Notes: generated by a model from the letters alone, not told the origin. A DNA stretch of 48,767 nt from an uncultured Nitrospiraceae bacterium (GCA_947085205.1 CAMTVO010000015.1:1-48767), one strand, 5' to 3'; shown: positions 1 to 9,720, counted from the first letter of the stretch. Numbers and translations: made by a program.

Positions 1-1
1 A

Positions 2-280
2 CTCTGGAATATAATTTGATTTAACAGCCATTGCCCTTGCTGTCCATAGGATCTCAGTAACTTTGATGCCCTGCGGACATCTCTCGGAACATGTAAAGCA
101 AGTGGTGCATTTCCAGATGGTATCGCTTTTTAAGACTTTATCAGCCGCTCCTATACCGATGAGATGGAGAAGCCTGTGAGGCTGAAATGAGTTGTCAAGC
201 CTGTTAATATCGCAGCCTGAAGAACACCTCCCGCATTGATAACAGTATTTAAATTTCTCTCTATCAAAAAATTTATACAT
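2..280 (-). CDS. hdrC: Heterodisulfide reductase subunit C-like 2x[4Fe-4S] protein (partial, runs off the window start)
   Basis: Manual translation from ATG at 280: MYKFFDREKFKYCYQCGRCSSGC...IWKCTTCFTCSERCPQGIK, two CxxCxxCxxxC motifs in the HdrC pattern. Not in the ORF track because it is truncated. Confidence 0.85.
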   Translation of the reverse strand, partial: MYKFFDREKFKYCYQCGRCSSGCDINRLDNSFQPHRLLHLIGIGAADKVLKSDTIWKCTTCFTCSERCPQGIKVTEILWTARAMAVKSNYIPE

Positions 281-281
281 A

Positions 282-2405
282 CTAAATCCTCAATGGGTTT
301 CTGCCCATCTTCTTCAATTCCTCAACATATTCCATAATCGTCTGAGCAAACTTCTCTGATTCGTCTCTGCTTATGCTAATGAAACGAACCCTTTCGGGTT
401 CTAAATACATCTCCCTGAGCTTATTTGATATATCGGTCAGCCTTGCTTTTGCCAATGCACTCCCCTGCACATAATGGCACTGGTTATCCGGACATCCTGC
501 GATGAGAATCCCATCCACACCCGTTGAAATGGCTTTGGCAATAATTGCGCCATTTACCGCACCTGCGCATGGAACCATGATACCTAAAAAATTAGGTGGA
601 TATTTAATCCCTTTCAGACCAACATCATCCACTGCCCTGTATGCATCGTTTTTGCAAAGGAATCCGAGGATTAAAGGCTCATCCTCTCCAAAATAAGATT
701 TGTCTATGGCATCAAGCATCTCCGAGAGTTGCTCTATGGAGAGTTCTCCAAGGGAGATAGCAACAAGGGGGCAGCCCCCCATACATATGCCGCATCTGCG
801 GCATTTCATGATGTCGGATTTTGGAAATCCCTTTTCATCAAGAGAATATGCCCTAAATGGGCACTCCTCTATACAGCGTTTACAGACATCGCATTTCAAT
901 GTATTTACGGCAGGATTGTCCGGAATTATCTCTGTACAATTATTGAAAAACTGGAGAGTCTTGACTGCAGCAGTTCCAGCGCTTTCAATAGACCTTGAGA
1001 CATCCATTGGCGCCCTGCAGCAACCTGCACTGAATATCCCCTCTCTTTGGGTATCCTGCGGATAACATTGGAGATGGGATTCGATGAAATTATTTTTGTT
1101 CAAAGCAATGCCGATTTTATCTTTTAAGTCAATATTCCCCTGTGAAGGCTTCATGCCTGTTGCAAGAACCACCATGTCAGTTGTTATATCGAGCCTCTCT
1201 CCTGCCACAGTGTCAAAGACAGAAAAGTTTACTTTTTGTGGTTCGTCCTGTCTTAATTCAGATGGAATTCCCTTTATAAATATTACCCCTGCTGTTCGTG
1301 CCTTCTGATACAATTCCTCGTATTCTCCCGGCGTCCTGATGTCGTTATAAAATATATACACCTCGTTTTCATGATTAACCTCTTTAAGAAAAAGCGCCTG
1401 TTTGATGCTTACCATGCAGCAGACATCAGAGCAATAAGGAAGATGTCGTTCATCCCGACTACCGACACACTGGATGAATGCCACTTTTTTGGGCTCATCA
1501 AAAAATGTCTTTTGTTCTTTTGCAATCCTTTCAAACTCCATGTTCGTGACAATATTTTCAAGCCTTCCATATCCGAACTCTGTAAGGGGTGTCGGATCAA
1601 AAGGCTCCCATCCTGTTGCAAGGATAATAGCGCCCACCTTAATATTAGTCGCTTTCCCTTCTTCAGCGATATCTATTGCATCTATCGGGTCAATATGCCG
1701 TGGAGAGGTTTTTATCAATACCTCGAAATTACCCGGAGAACCGCTAATGGTATCTATCTCGGAGGAAGTTAAGACATGGATATCGGGATTGTTTTTTATC
1801 CTTGAAAACATGAGTTCCAGGCCGCAGGATGGCGGACACATCCGCGGGAAATATTTATGAAACCCTGCTACCTTTCCCCCAAGAAACGGGCCTTTCTCAA
1901 TGAGGAACACCTCATTATCCGTCCCTGCAATATCAATCGAGGCATTTATACCGGCCATACCTCCACCAATCACCAATGCACTTTTTAGGACGGGAAGTTT
2001 TAAAGGCTCGAGCGGTTTTGAATATCTTGCTTTTTCAAAGAAGACCCTCAGCATGGCCTTAGCCTTTTTAGTAGCATTCTCAGGATCATTACCGTGAACC
2101 ATGCTGCATTGTTCTCGTATATTCATGCGCTCAACAAGGTATTTGTTTATACCGAGGTCGGAAAACTCTTCCATTTTAAAGAAAGGAGAACATGCAGATA
2201 TTAATAATCTGTCAAGCCCGAACTTTTCTACATCATCCCTGATTTTTCGTGTCACTTCATCGGAACAAAGGAGGGCATCTTTATGGACAGTGGTCACACC
2301 TGACCACTCTGATGCCTCCTTTGCCAATGAGTCAATATCAATGACCTTCTCTATTTTTCCTTCGCATGTGCAGAAATAGATCCCTATCTTTGCGTTACTG
2401 CTCAT
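282..2405 (-). CDS. Qmo-type HdrA-MvhD fusion flavoprotein (QmoB architecture with a QmoA-like central motif)
   Basis: N-terminal Cys motifs (FCTC, LLCS, SACS, REQC), FAD site IGGGMAG, KYFPRMCPPSCG, FIQCVGSRD...YCSDVCC, C-terminal 2x[4Fe-4S] and MvhD domain (FLCKNDAY, VPCAG, GCPDNQCHY). Confidence 0.85.
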   Translation of the reverse strand: MSSNAKIGIYFCTCEGKIEKVIDIDSLAKEASEWSGVTTVHKDALLCSDEVTRKIRDDVEKFGLDRLLISACSPFFKMEEFSDLGINKYLVERMNIREQCSMVHGNDPENATKKAKAMLRVFFEKARYSKPLEPLKLPVLKSALVIGGGMAGINASIDIAGTDNEVFLIEKGPFLGGKVAGFHKYFPRMCPPSCGLELMFSRIKNNPDIHVLTSSEIDTISGSPGNFEVLIKTSPRHIDPIDAIDIAEEGKATNIKVGAIILATGWEPFDPTPLTEFGYGRLENIVTNMEFERIAKEQKTFFDEPKKVAFIQCVGSRDERHLPYCSDVCCMVSIKQALFLKEVNHENEVYIFYNDIRTPGEYEELYQKARTAGVIFIKGIPSELRQDEPQKVNFSVFDTVAGERLDITTDMVVLATGMKPSQGNIDLKDKIGIALNKNNFIESHLQCYPQDTQREGIFSAGCCRAPMDVSRSIESAGTAAVKTLQFFNNCTEIIPDNPAVNTLKCDVCKRCIEECPFRAYSLDEKGFPKSDIMKCRRCGICMGGCPLVAISLGELSIEQLSEMLDAIDKSYFGEDEPLILGFLCKNDAYRAVDDVGLKGIKYPPNFLGIMVPCAGAVNGAIIAKAISTGVDGILIAGCPDNQCHYVQGSALAKARLTDISNKLREMYLEPERVRFISISRDESEKFAQTIMEYVEELKKMGRNPLRI

Positions 2406-2728
2406 TATTTGTTTCTCGTGCGATATGTGAATCGTTCCACTTTGCCGTTAATATCAACGCATGTCCATGTTATGGTGTCGGTGCCCATCATAGGAATCAG
2501 CTTTGCTCCATGGTATCCGAGCTGATAAGGTATCCTCTGTTCAATAGCGCCCTTTGGACATATCTTTGTGCAGGACATGCAGTCCCAGCAGTCCCTCAAA
2601 GACCTGCAAAAGGCCTTTCCTGTACCGGCGTCTAATGTCATAAGATCCCCGATACATATCTGTTCGCACAGCGGTTCCTCTTTCCCTTTACATCCATCAC
2701 ACTTATCTCTTACAACATAGGGCGGCAT
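2405..2728 (-). CDS. aprB: Adenylylsulfate reductase beta subunit (short form)
   Basis: MPPYV..KCDGC, CEQIC, CWDCMSCTKICP ferredoxin motifs; directly downstream of aprA; 107 aa. Confidence 0.85.
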   Translation of the reverse strand: MPPYVVRDKCDGCKGKEEPLCEQICIGDLMTLDAGTGKAFCRSLRDCWDCMSCTKICPKGAIEQRIPYQLGYHGAKLIPMMGTDTITWTCVDINGKVERFTYRTRNK

Positions 2729-2768
2729 ATCTTAATCCTCCTTTTATTGAAATTTAATTGTTTCATAA

Positions 2769-4601
2769 TCATGCCTTCTCGGCAGAAAGCGGTATAGGAG
2801 AAGGGGCCTTTGTCCTGTCTCCCGGAAGTATCTGTTCATACGGCCTTTTAATCATCTCTATCTCTCCTGTCTTGAGGTTCTTTCTTGAGTTGATAAAACA
2901 GTCGAGATTGGGATCCACATCTGGGTAATCCGTCCTGGTCTGCCAGCCGGGCCATCTGGTTTCCCTCCTCTCTCTCAAATGCATCACTACCACTTCCGCA
3001 ACATCGAGACGGTCAATAACATCATGGACCAATACGAGATCATGCAAGTCGGTCGCAAAGAGTCTATCAACTTGATCTCTCATCATCTTGATATGTTTAA
3101 GCGCATAGTTAAGCTGCTCCTCATTGAATTTGAAAAATTGGCCTACGCCGCCTGCGTATTCGTCCATAAGCCTTTGAAACCTCTCTTCCATCTCCTCGGG
3201 GGTAACGCCGTCATACTGCCAGCGGGGATCCTGCCCGGAAGGTATGTTGTATTTGGCCTCCATACTTGATCCTCTTACCAGTGGAGAGAATACCCTCTCC
3301 TTTTCTGCTGCCACTTGACTTTCATCGAGATCGCCATGCTTAACGCTTGAGATATACTTTAATGCTCCTCTTGCTGCAAGAACTCCTTCGGCAGCACATC
3401 CACCGACAAATTTATTAGGCATTCCCCCTGCACACTCACCGGCGGCAAAGAGCCCGGGAATGGTAGCCATTCTGTCAGTATCAACCCAATAGCCGCTTGC
3501 TGTATGGCCTCCGACAATATAAGGGTCGCTGCCATATATTTCTAACGGCTCTTTAGCGGGATCCTGCCCCCTTGCAGCTAAAAAAAGCACATAAGTCGGT
3601 CGCTCATTGAGATAGTCTATCTTCAGATCTTTAACCTGTTCAGGAGAAAGATGCCGTGTATCTACATAGGTTGGACCTCTTCCATCGCTCCATTCCATCA
3701 TGGGTGCGTTCGCCCTTATATAGCGAGGAGACTTATCCCCGCCTAAATGGGCGTATCTTTCCTGAAGGATCAATTCCCCTTTGCTGTTGATCATTCGCGC
3801 CTTGTAGCCCACCGATATGGTATCCACAGGCCCTGTGAAGTCCTTTACCCTCGCCGCACACCACCTCTGTTCCATAAGAGTGAATTCTGCTCCAGCCCTT
3901 ATCCCCATGGCATATCCTGTCCCAACATTAAAGGGGCACATCCACATTTGATGATGCGAGGTGGTGCCGTCGTTGGTTGCTGAACGGTAGAGACCTGCTG
4001 CGCCTCCGGTTGACACAACAGTAGCCTTGGCCTTTATCACATAGAATTTACCGTCCCTGATGCCAAAACCCATTGCGCCGACAACCCTGTCTCCGTCTTT
4101 AATAAGGTTTGTTGCAGCCACTCTGTTCAATATCCGCGGATTATAACTCTTGGTCTTCTCTGCAATAACCGGCTTCAGTTGCTCTCCATGGATCGAGATA
4201 TCGAATCTTCCCCTTCTCTTATACCTTCCTTTCTCATCCTTTTTGAAAGGCACTCCCCATTTTTCCAGAGACTCTACACATTCATTGAGGATTTTAGCGT
4301 TGCTCAGGGCGAGATCCTCCCTAAGCGGCCCACCGCCTACCTGCGCCCTGCTCCATGCAACAATCGTTTCAGGAGTTTCACCTTCTCCGATATAGGTATT
4401 GATGGCATCCATTCCTGCTGCCAATGCGCCGCTTCTATCGATATGCGCCTTCTCCATAATTGTTACATCGATGTCCGGATTCTTCTCCTTTGCCTCGATT
4501 GCAACAAAACACCCTGAGTTGCCTCCGCCGATGATGAGGAGATCGGTTTCTATCCTCACCTCTTCAACATCTTTGATATTTCTTGGGAGACTCTTCTTCA
4601 T
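2769..4601 (-). CDS. aprA: Adenylylsulfate reductase alpha subunit (FAD flavoprotein)
   Basis: IIGGGNSG FAD motif, EKAHIDRSGALAAGMDAINTY, RLMDEYAGG, RETRWPG..RTDYP are AprA hallmarks; RBS GGAGG upstream. Confidence 0.9.
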   Translation of the reverse strand: MKKSLPRNIKDVEEVRIETDLLIIGGGNSGCFVAIEAKEKNPDIDVTIMEKAHIDRSGALAAGMDAINTYIGEGETPETIVAWSRAQVGGGPLREDLALSNAKILNECVESLEKWGVPFKKDEKGRYKRRGRFDISIHGEQLKPVIAEKTKSYNPRILNRVAATNLIKDGDRVVGAMGFGIRDGKFYVIKAKATVVSTGGAAGLYRSATNDGTTSHHQMWMCPFNVGTGYAMGIRAGAEFTLMEQRWCAARVKDFTGPVDTISVGYKARMINSKGELILQERYAHLGGDKSPRYIRANAPMMEWSDGRGPTYVDTRHLSPEQVKDLKIDYLNERPTYVLFLAARGQDPAKEPLEIYGSDPYIVGGHTASGYWVDTDRMATIPGLFAAGECAGGMPNKFVGGCAAEGVLAARGALKYISSVKHGDLDESQVAAEKERVFSPLVRGSSMEAKYNIPSGQDPRWQYDGVTPEEMEERFQRLMDEYAGGVGQFFKFNEEQLNYALKHIKMMRDQVDRLFATDLHDLVLVHDVIDRLDVAEVVVMHLRERRETRWPGWQTRTDYPDVDPNLDCFINSRKNLKTGEIEMIKRPYEQILPGDRTKAPSPIPLSAEKA

Positions 4602-4635
4602 TGTCCTTAACCTCCTTTAAAGTATTCTTGAATCT

Positions 4636-4678
4636 ATACTACAACCTAAAAAACTTTAATTATGTTTTCTGGACGACA
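4636..4678 (-). promoter_or_regulatory. aprA promoter: Crp/Fnr (CooA-like) box at 4663-4678 and -10 TAGTAT at 4641-4636
   Basis: Minus strand TGTCGTCCAGAAAACA; its centre is 29.5 bp upstream of the -12 base, i.e. -41.5 class II geometry. Confidence 0.65.
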
Positions 4679-4752
4679 GTTACTAATTATTTTTCAAGAA
4701 ATCCGATGAAGGGTGTTTCGGTGTGGAACTATAAAGAGGGGATTAAAAAATA

Positions 4753-5442
4753 TCAGTCGGAAAAATTTATAAGTTTGACAAGCCTTGCATAATCGAGAAT
4801 GCTTATCCTGCTGCCGTCACACTCGATAAGTCCATTTCTTCTGAACTCGTTCATTACCTCTGTCACTGTTGTCCTTGTAGCCCCTATCATATTCGCCATC
4901 TCTTGATGGGTAAACTTTTTCTCTATGGTAATAACCCCATTATGAGAACAGCCGCATATCTGCCCGAGCTTGATAAGGAGCTGAGCCAATCGGGTGTGAA
5001 CATCGCATACAATAAGGTCCTTTATGGTCTCATGCGCCTGTCTTATTCTACTGCCGAGTATCCTCATAATAAAGACGGCTATTTTAGGACTTCTGCTGAT
5101 TAGTTCTTCAAAATTCGTTCTATTTATGCACAAGACCTCGGTATCCTCCACTGCCTCTGCGAAGACAGTCCTCATCTCACCGCCGCAGACCTCTGCAAGG
5201 CCGAAAAAATCCTTTGGCTGGCAGAACCAGTATATAATCTCTTTTCCGCACTCAGAAAGGTTGTAAATCTTAACCCTGCCGCTTAAAACATAATAGATTA
5301 AATTGCCCTGGTCGCCCGGAGAGAAGATAACACTGTTTTTGGAATATTTTTTCTTGTGTGATTTTTGGTAAAAAAATAGTCTCTCATTTTCTGGTAATTC
5401 GTTGATTATATCTATGGCGCTTAAATACCAGCGTCTTTCCAT
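4753..5442 (-). CDS. Crp/Fnr family transcriptional regulator
   Basis: cNMP-binding beta-barrel (IFSPGD, GRVKIY, FFG) and HTH THQEMANMIGATRTTVTEVM. Confidence 0.92.
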   Translation of the reverse strand: MERRWYLSAIDIINELPENERLFFYQKSHKKKYSKNSVIFSPGDQGNLIYYVLSGRVKIYNLSECGKEIIYWFCQPKDFFGLAEVCGGEMRTVFAEAVEDTEVLCINRTNFEELISRSPKIAVFIMRILGSRIRQAHETIKDLIVCDVHTRLAQLLIKLGQICGCSHNGVITIEKKFTHQEMANMIGATRTTVTEVMNEFRRNGLIECDGSRISILDYARLVKLINFSD

Positions 5443-5559
5443 AAAATTAACTGCTGAGTATTAATTTTTTAAACATTTCTTGCCCCCAGAATCGATAATT
5501 CAGTTTAACTCTCCATCATAACTTTGTCTATAGAGGCATTCTTTCTTTTTCACCCTGTC

Positions 5560-6318
5560 TTACTGTTTGATATACTTCTGTCTCTCTCCTTTAATAAAAT
5601 CAATAAGTTTCTGAACATTGTGAGATGGTTTGCCTTTAGTAACAAGGATTATATCGCTCGATATTTCCGGTATCTCAGGAACCTTGATGGTATCATCAGC
5701 TACATTAGAAGCTACAATCCCTATTGCCTCATGATTGGATGCTATATTTTGTTTTACATCAGGACCGGTAACGGCTTCAAGGACATCCTTTGTTGGAAAT
5801 TCTCCATCGAATATCTTGCTTATGAATAATGTGTTCATTCCCGGGGTCAGTTTTCCCCATACTATAATAATTGGCATGTCTTTCCCGCCTACATCCTTCC
5901 AATTAGTTATTTTTCCGGTGAATATACCCTTTAATTGCTCTTTTGTAAGTCTTGAAACAGGATTGGATTTATTTATAAAAACCGCTGCCCTGCTTTTTCC
6001 GATAACGAAACTTTGCAGCTCTGCTTTATTGACCTCAATTCCATCCTTTTTCATGGCAGCAATCCACTCGTCAAGTGTAACACCCGCCCCTGCAACATCT
6101 GTAGTGCCTTTTAGGAGGTCTTGCATCGCTACTTTAGGCCCTACCTCTAAAATAGTAAGCTTAACCGCGGTTGCCTTTTCAAAATGTTCTTTTATTGGTT
6201 TTAATATACCTACAGGTGCCGCACCTGCTTCTATTTTGATTTCCTCTGCAAAGACGCTAACACCGGATATCAATAAAAAGAAAATACCTGCTGCCAAAGC
6301 ATATATAACGTTTTTCAT
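5560..6318 (-). CDS. PstS-like (PBP2) periplasmic substrate-binding protein
   Basis: Signal peptide; LTKEQLKGIFTGKITNWKDVGGKD motif; start moved to the ATG at 6318 behind the RBS. Confidence 0.85.
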   Translation of the reverse strand: MKNVIYALAAGIFFLLISGVSVFAEEIKIEAGAAPVGILKPIKEHFEKATAVKLTILEVGPKVAMQDLLKGTTDVAGAGVTLDEWIAAMKKDGIEVNKAELQSFVIGKSRAAVFINKSNPVSRLTKEQLKGIFTGKITNWKDVGGKDMPIIIVWGKLTPGMNTLFISKIFDGEFPTKDVLEAVTGPDVKQNIASNHEAIGIVASNVADDTIKVPEIPEISSDIILVTKGKPSHNVQKLIDFIKGERQKYIKQ

Positions 6319-6364
6319 GGTAGCCCTCCTGTTTTTCATGAAGAATATGCAAACCTCTTTTATG

Positions 6365-7192
6365 TTATAGTGCCCCTGCTGCTCTGGCAGCTTCTCTCAT
6401 AAGGTCAAAGTCTTTATCTGTCGTTGCAACAAATCCCTCAATCTTTGCAGGACCTAATATCGGGAACGCCTTTGCCGTCCCTGGTTTAAGTTTTAAAAGT
6501 GCTTCCCTGACCTTTGCTGCAACTGCTTTGTCTATCTTCTTTGTGGTAAACAAAGGGAAGTTGGGAATCCATGCACTTGTCCCTACGACTCGAAATTCAG
6601 TACTATTGGGAACCTTCTCAAAGTCGTCCTCCCTGATTCCGCCTGCGTCTGCCTTGCCTAATAATACCGCCTCCGCAACTGCATCGCGTTTCTTAACAAA
6701 TACCGGCATAATTTCTGCTTTACTGATGCCTGCTTCTTTGAGCATGAGCATTTGCATAAGATAAGCTCCAGCAGAGCCAGGATCCACAAAGGCGATCTTC
6801 TTGCCTTTCATGTCCTTTATATTCTTTACGGGGTTGTCTTTTCTTACAAATATAATCCCCTTGAACCTTGTTCCAATTTTAGGTTCTGCCGCGAGTGCCA
6901 ATGGCTCTGCTGCCAGCACATCTTTCTTGACAAGCACATAAATAAATGGATTGGCATACCCAAGGTCAAACTCCCCTGCAATTGCCATTTTTGTAAAGGC
7001 ATCAAAGTCTTTCGGCACAACAAGGGTTACTTTCTGGCCGATTTCCTTTTCAAGATATTTCGCAAGGGGTGTGAACATTTCAAGCATTTCCTGCTCAGGT
7101 AGTCTCGGCAAAAGGCCAAGCTTTACCTCTGCAAAGACCAACACGGGTAAAAACAAAAATACCATTGCCAATAAAAGCGCCGTCTTCTTCAT
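6365..7192 (-). CDS. PhnD/SsuA-family phosphate/phosphite/phosphonate-type periplasmic binding protein
   Basis: Signal peptide; FTPLAKYLEKEIG, DMKGKKIAFVDPGSAGAYL, AVLLGKADAG motifs. Confidence 0.85.
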   Translation of the reverse strand: MKKTALLLAMVFLFLPVLVFAEVKLGLLPRLPEQEMLEMFTPLAKYLEKEIGQKVTLVVPKDFDAFTKMAIAGEFDLGYANPFIYVLVKKDVLAAEPLALAAEPKIGTRFKGIIFVRKDNPVKNIKDMKGKKIAFVDPGSAGAYLMQMLMLKEAGISKAEIMPVFVKKRDAVAEAVLLGKADAGGIREDDFEKVPNSTEFRVVGTSAWIPNFPLFTTKKIDKAVAAKVREALLKLKPGTAKAFPILGPAKIEGFVATTDKDFDLMREAARAAGAL

Positions 7193-7236
7193 TTCAAATC
7201 CTCCTTTTAAATTAAGTTAATTTCTCCTGCCAGTGA

Positions 7237-8760
7237 TCATTGCACCAAAGGCTTCCATACCGGAAATCCATTCAGGGCATACCATGGCGCCATAACAAAT
7301 ATGCTCCACAATATGGCAACTATCATTGTTGGCAAACCGACCTTTGCATAGTCCCACATCGAGAAAGTGCCTGTACTATAGGCTATAACAGCAGCAGTAA
7401 TCTGTGTTGGAATCACAAAGGCAAATGTATCAACATTAGCAATTAAAAGGGTGAATGCAACAGGGTTCATATTGAGAAGGGGAGCCATTTCCAGCAGAAT
7501 CGGCGCCAGCATTGCAACAGCAGCCACATTACTAAGCATTCCGAGACGTATGAACTGAGTAGCAACCATCATTACAAGGAGGACAGTTATCCATCCTTGC
7601 CCTTCCACAACAGGATGAATTACAGCAGCAAGATACTTTGCAAGCCCCGTAGATCCCATAGCAGCAGACATGGAGAGTGCGCCTCCTAAAAGGAGCCATG
7701 TTCCCCATATGGTCTTGTTTTCTATCACCTTCCACTTAAAAGGAAAAATCCCGGGCAAAAAGAAAACACCCAGCACTATAAGCGTAACCATTCCAGTCTT
7801 AATCTTGTGAACTTCCTCAAGTGACCACATTGCAGCAGCAAGGGCAAAAATTATGAGAATAACCCATTCATTGCTTTTAGTTTTACCGAGATCTTTCTTT
7901 GCAGTCTCTATCTTTTCTATCCCGCCGGGAACCTCCACATGTTTAAACTTAAAAAAGAACTTCAGTATCCAGTACATTATAGGGAAGAGTCCTACTATCG
8001 GCAGGTGGAGCCAAAGCCACTGTATCCATGAAATATGTATGTTGAGCTGCTTGTCAAAAAGTCCCACCATGATAACATTGGGCATATGAGCGGTAAGTAT
8101 GAGTATCCCACCGACCATGGGCGCATAAACCAGAGAGGATATTACTATCGCCTTTTTTGCGTTACTCTCTGGTTTGGAATCACCGAATAATTCAATAACT
8201 CCACGGACAATCGGCAGAAGTGTGGCTGCCCTCGCAACAGCCGCAGGAATAGCAAATGCAAGTATCATACATGTGCTGAACAGTCCTATAATAATTCTAC
8301 CTGTATTGCTAGCCTTCATCTTTGATAAGACAGTCAATGCAATGCGGGTATCAAGATTTGCGGTCCATAATATTGCCCCGAATATAAATGCCCCCAAACA
8401 CAGGAAGCTCACATCCAGGACATATCCTCCAAATGCCTCCGGTATCTTTGGCACAGCCTTTGACACAACCAGAATCATCGGAATCATTAAGCCTGACACG
8501 CCAACGGGGATGGCCTCGGTCACCCATATAATGCATGCCCAGACAATTGTTGCGAGTACCGCCTTTGCAGAATAAGTGGGTACGATGGATGAAATATCTA
8601 TGCCCCACATAATAAATGCCCATGCAGCCCATGCGAAAATGTAACCCAGAAGGGTCTTTTTGGGTTCCCTCCCTCGTGCCATCAGATTGTTAATTAAATA
8701 ACCCAATACGCCTTTTTCAGGCGGTGGGTTGCTGACATTTACTGCACTTTCCTTCTCCAT
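7237..8760 (-). CDS. SLC13/DASS family anion:Na+ symporter
   Basis: More than 12 hydrophobic segments; WVTEAIP, LTAHMPN, LSNVAAV, PTQITAA hairpin motifs; start at ATG 8760 after GAGGAGG. Confidence 0.88.
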   Translation of the reverse strand: MEKESAVNVSNPPPEKGVLGYLINNLMARGREPKKTLLGYIFAWAAWAFIMWGIDISSIVPTYSAKAVLATIVWACIIWVTEAIPVGVSGLMIPMILVVSKAVPKIPEAFGGYVLDVSFLCLGAFIFGAILWTANLDTRIALTVLSKMKASNTGRIIIGLFSTCMILAFAIPAAVARAATLLPIVRGVIELFGDSKPESNAKKAIVISSLVYAPMVGGILILTAHMPNVIMVGLFDKQLNIHISWIQWLWLHLPIVGLFPIMYWILKFFFKFKHVEVPGGIEKIETAKKDLGKTKSNEWVILIIFALAAAMWSLEEVHKIKTGMVTLIVLGVFFLPGIFPFKWKVIENKTIWGTWLLLGGALSMSAAMGSTGLAKYLAAVIHPVVEGQGWITVLLVMMVATQFIRLGMLSNVAAVAMLAPILLEMAPLLNMNPVAFTLLIANVDTFAFVIPTQITAAVIAYSTGTFSMWDYAKVGLPTMIVAILWSIFVMAPWYALNGFPVWKPLVQ

Positions 8761-8809
8761 GACCCCCTCCTCTAATGTTTCTACCTCTCGAAAATTATCT
8801 CCATGCTTA

Positions 8810-8852
8810 AGGATAGTATGTTGTTCACCGCTGTACTGTCGTCTGGAAGACA
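8810..8852 (-). promoter_or_regulatory. DASS operon promoter: Crp/Fnr box at 8837-8852 and -10 TATCCT at 8815-8810
   Basis: TGTCTTCCAGACGACA on the minus strand, with the same spacing to the -10 as at aprA. Confidence 0.65.
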
Positions 8853-8910
8853 TCCAGTTAATTAGAGAGAAAGTTGTTTTTATTTTTGCAATTTAAGTAA
8901 AATCCATATC

Positions 8911-9720
8911 ATGGATATTCTGAATACTATTCTTAAAAAGAAGACTGAGCGCCTAAAATATTCCAAAAGCGCTGTTCCCGTTCATGATCTAAAGAATCGC
9001 CTGCAGGAAATGGACAGGACAAGGGATTTCAAAAGCGCCATAAAGGGTGATAAGGGAAGGATAAGGCTTATAGCAGAATTAAAAAAGGCATCACCTTCAA
9101 AGGGTCTCCTTAGAAAAGAGTTTGACCCGATTAAAATAGCATCCATATATGATGAAAAAGATGTAAATGCCATATCCGTTTTAACCGAAGAAGATTTTTT
9201 TCAGGGACATCTGTCATACATTCAGGCTGCAAGAAATGTCACAAACAAACCAATCTTAAGGAAGGACTTTATCTTTGATGAATACCAGATATATGAATCG
9301 AGGGCAAATAATGCTGATGCCATACTCTTGATTGCCGCGATACTCGAAAAGAATCAGGCAAAGGAATATCTGCACCTCGCAAAGGAATTGGGGCTTCATG
9401 TCTTATTAGAAATTCATGACGAAGATGATTTGGAAAAGGCGCTCAGTGTAAATGCCGAGATCATTGGAATAAACAACCGAAATCTGAAGACATTGAAAAT
9501 CGATTTATCCACCACCTTCAGATTAAAAAAGGATTTGCCAGAAGGCAAAATAGTTGTAAGCGAAAGCGGCATAAAAAACAGAGACGATGTTATTAAATTA
9601 ATAAACGCTAAAATAGATGCAATGCTCATCGGCACATCATTGATGGAAGCAGAGGATATAGGGGAAAAGATCGATGAATTAGGGAATTGCAAGAAGCTCA
9701 ATAGTCTAAGGAAAGTTTAG
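8911..9720 (+). CDS. trpC: Indole-3-glycerol phosphate synthase
   Basis: IAELKKASPSKG, ISVLTE, PILRKDFI, IGINNRNL, VSESGI motifs. Confidence 0.96.
   Translation: MDILNTILKKKTERLKYSKSAVPVHDLKNRLQEMDRTRDFKSAIKGDKGRIRLIAELKKASPSKGLLRKEFDPIKIASIYDEKDVNAISVLTEEDFFQGHLSYIQAARNVTNKPILRKDFIFDEYQIYESRANNADAILLIAAILEKNQAKEYLHLAKELGLHVLLEIHDEDDLEKALSVNAEIIGINNRNLKTLKIDLSTTFRLKKDLPEGKIVVSESGIKNRDDVIKLINAKIDAMLIGTSLMEAEDIGEKIDELGNCKKLNSLRKV

Noticed and set aside
502..2635. Plus-strand ORFs antisense to the Qmo/Apr genes, and similar shadow ORFs throughout the track
   Set aside because: They overlap well-supported genes on the opposite strand and have no motifs.
4753..5442. Regulator as true CooA or FNR
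   Set aside because: It lacks the CooA heme-ligand motif, the FNR N-terminal Cys cluster and the ExxSR helix.
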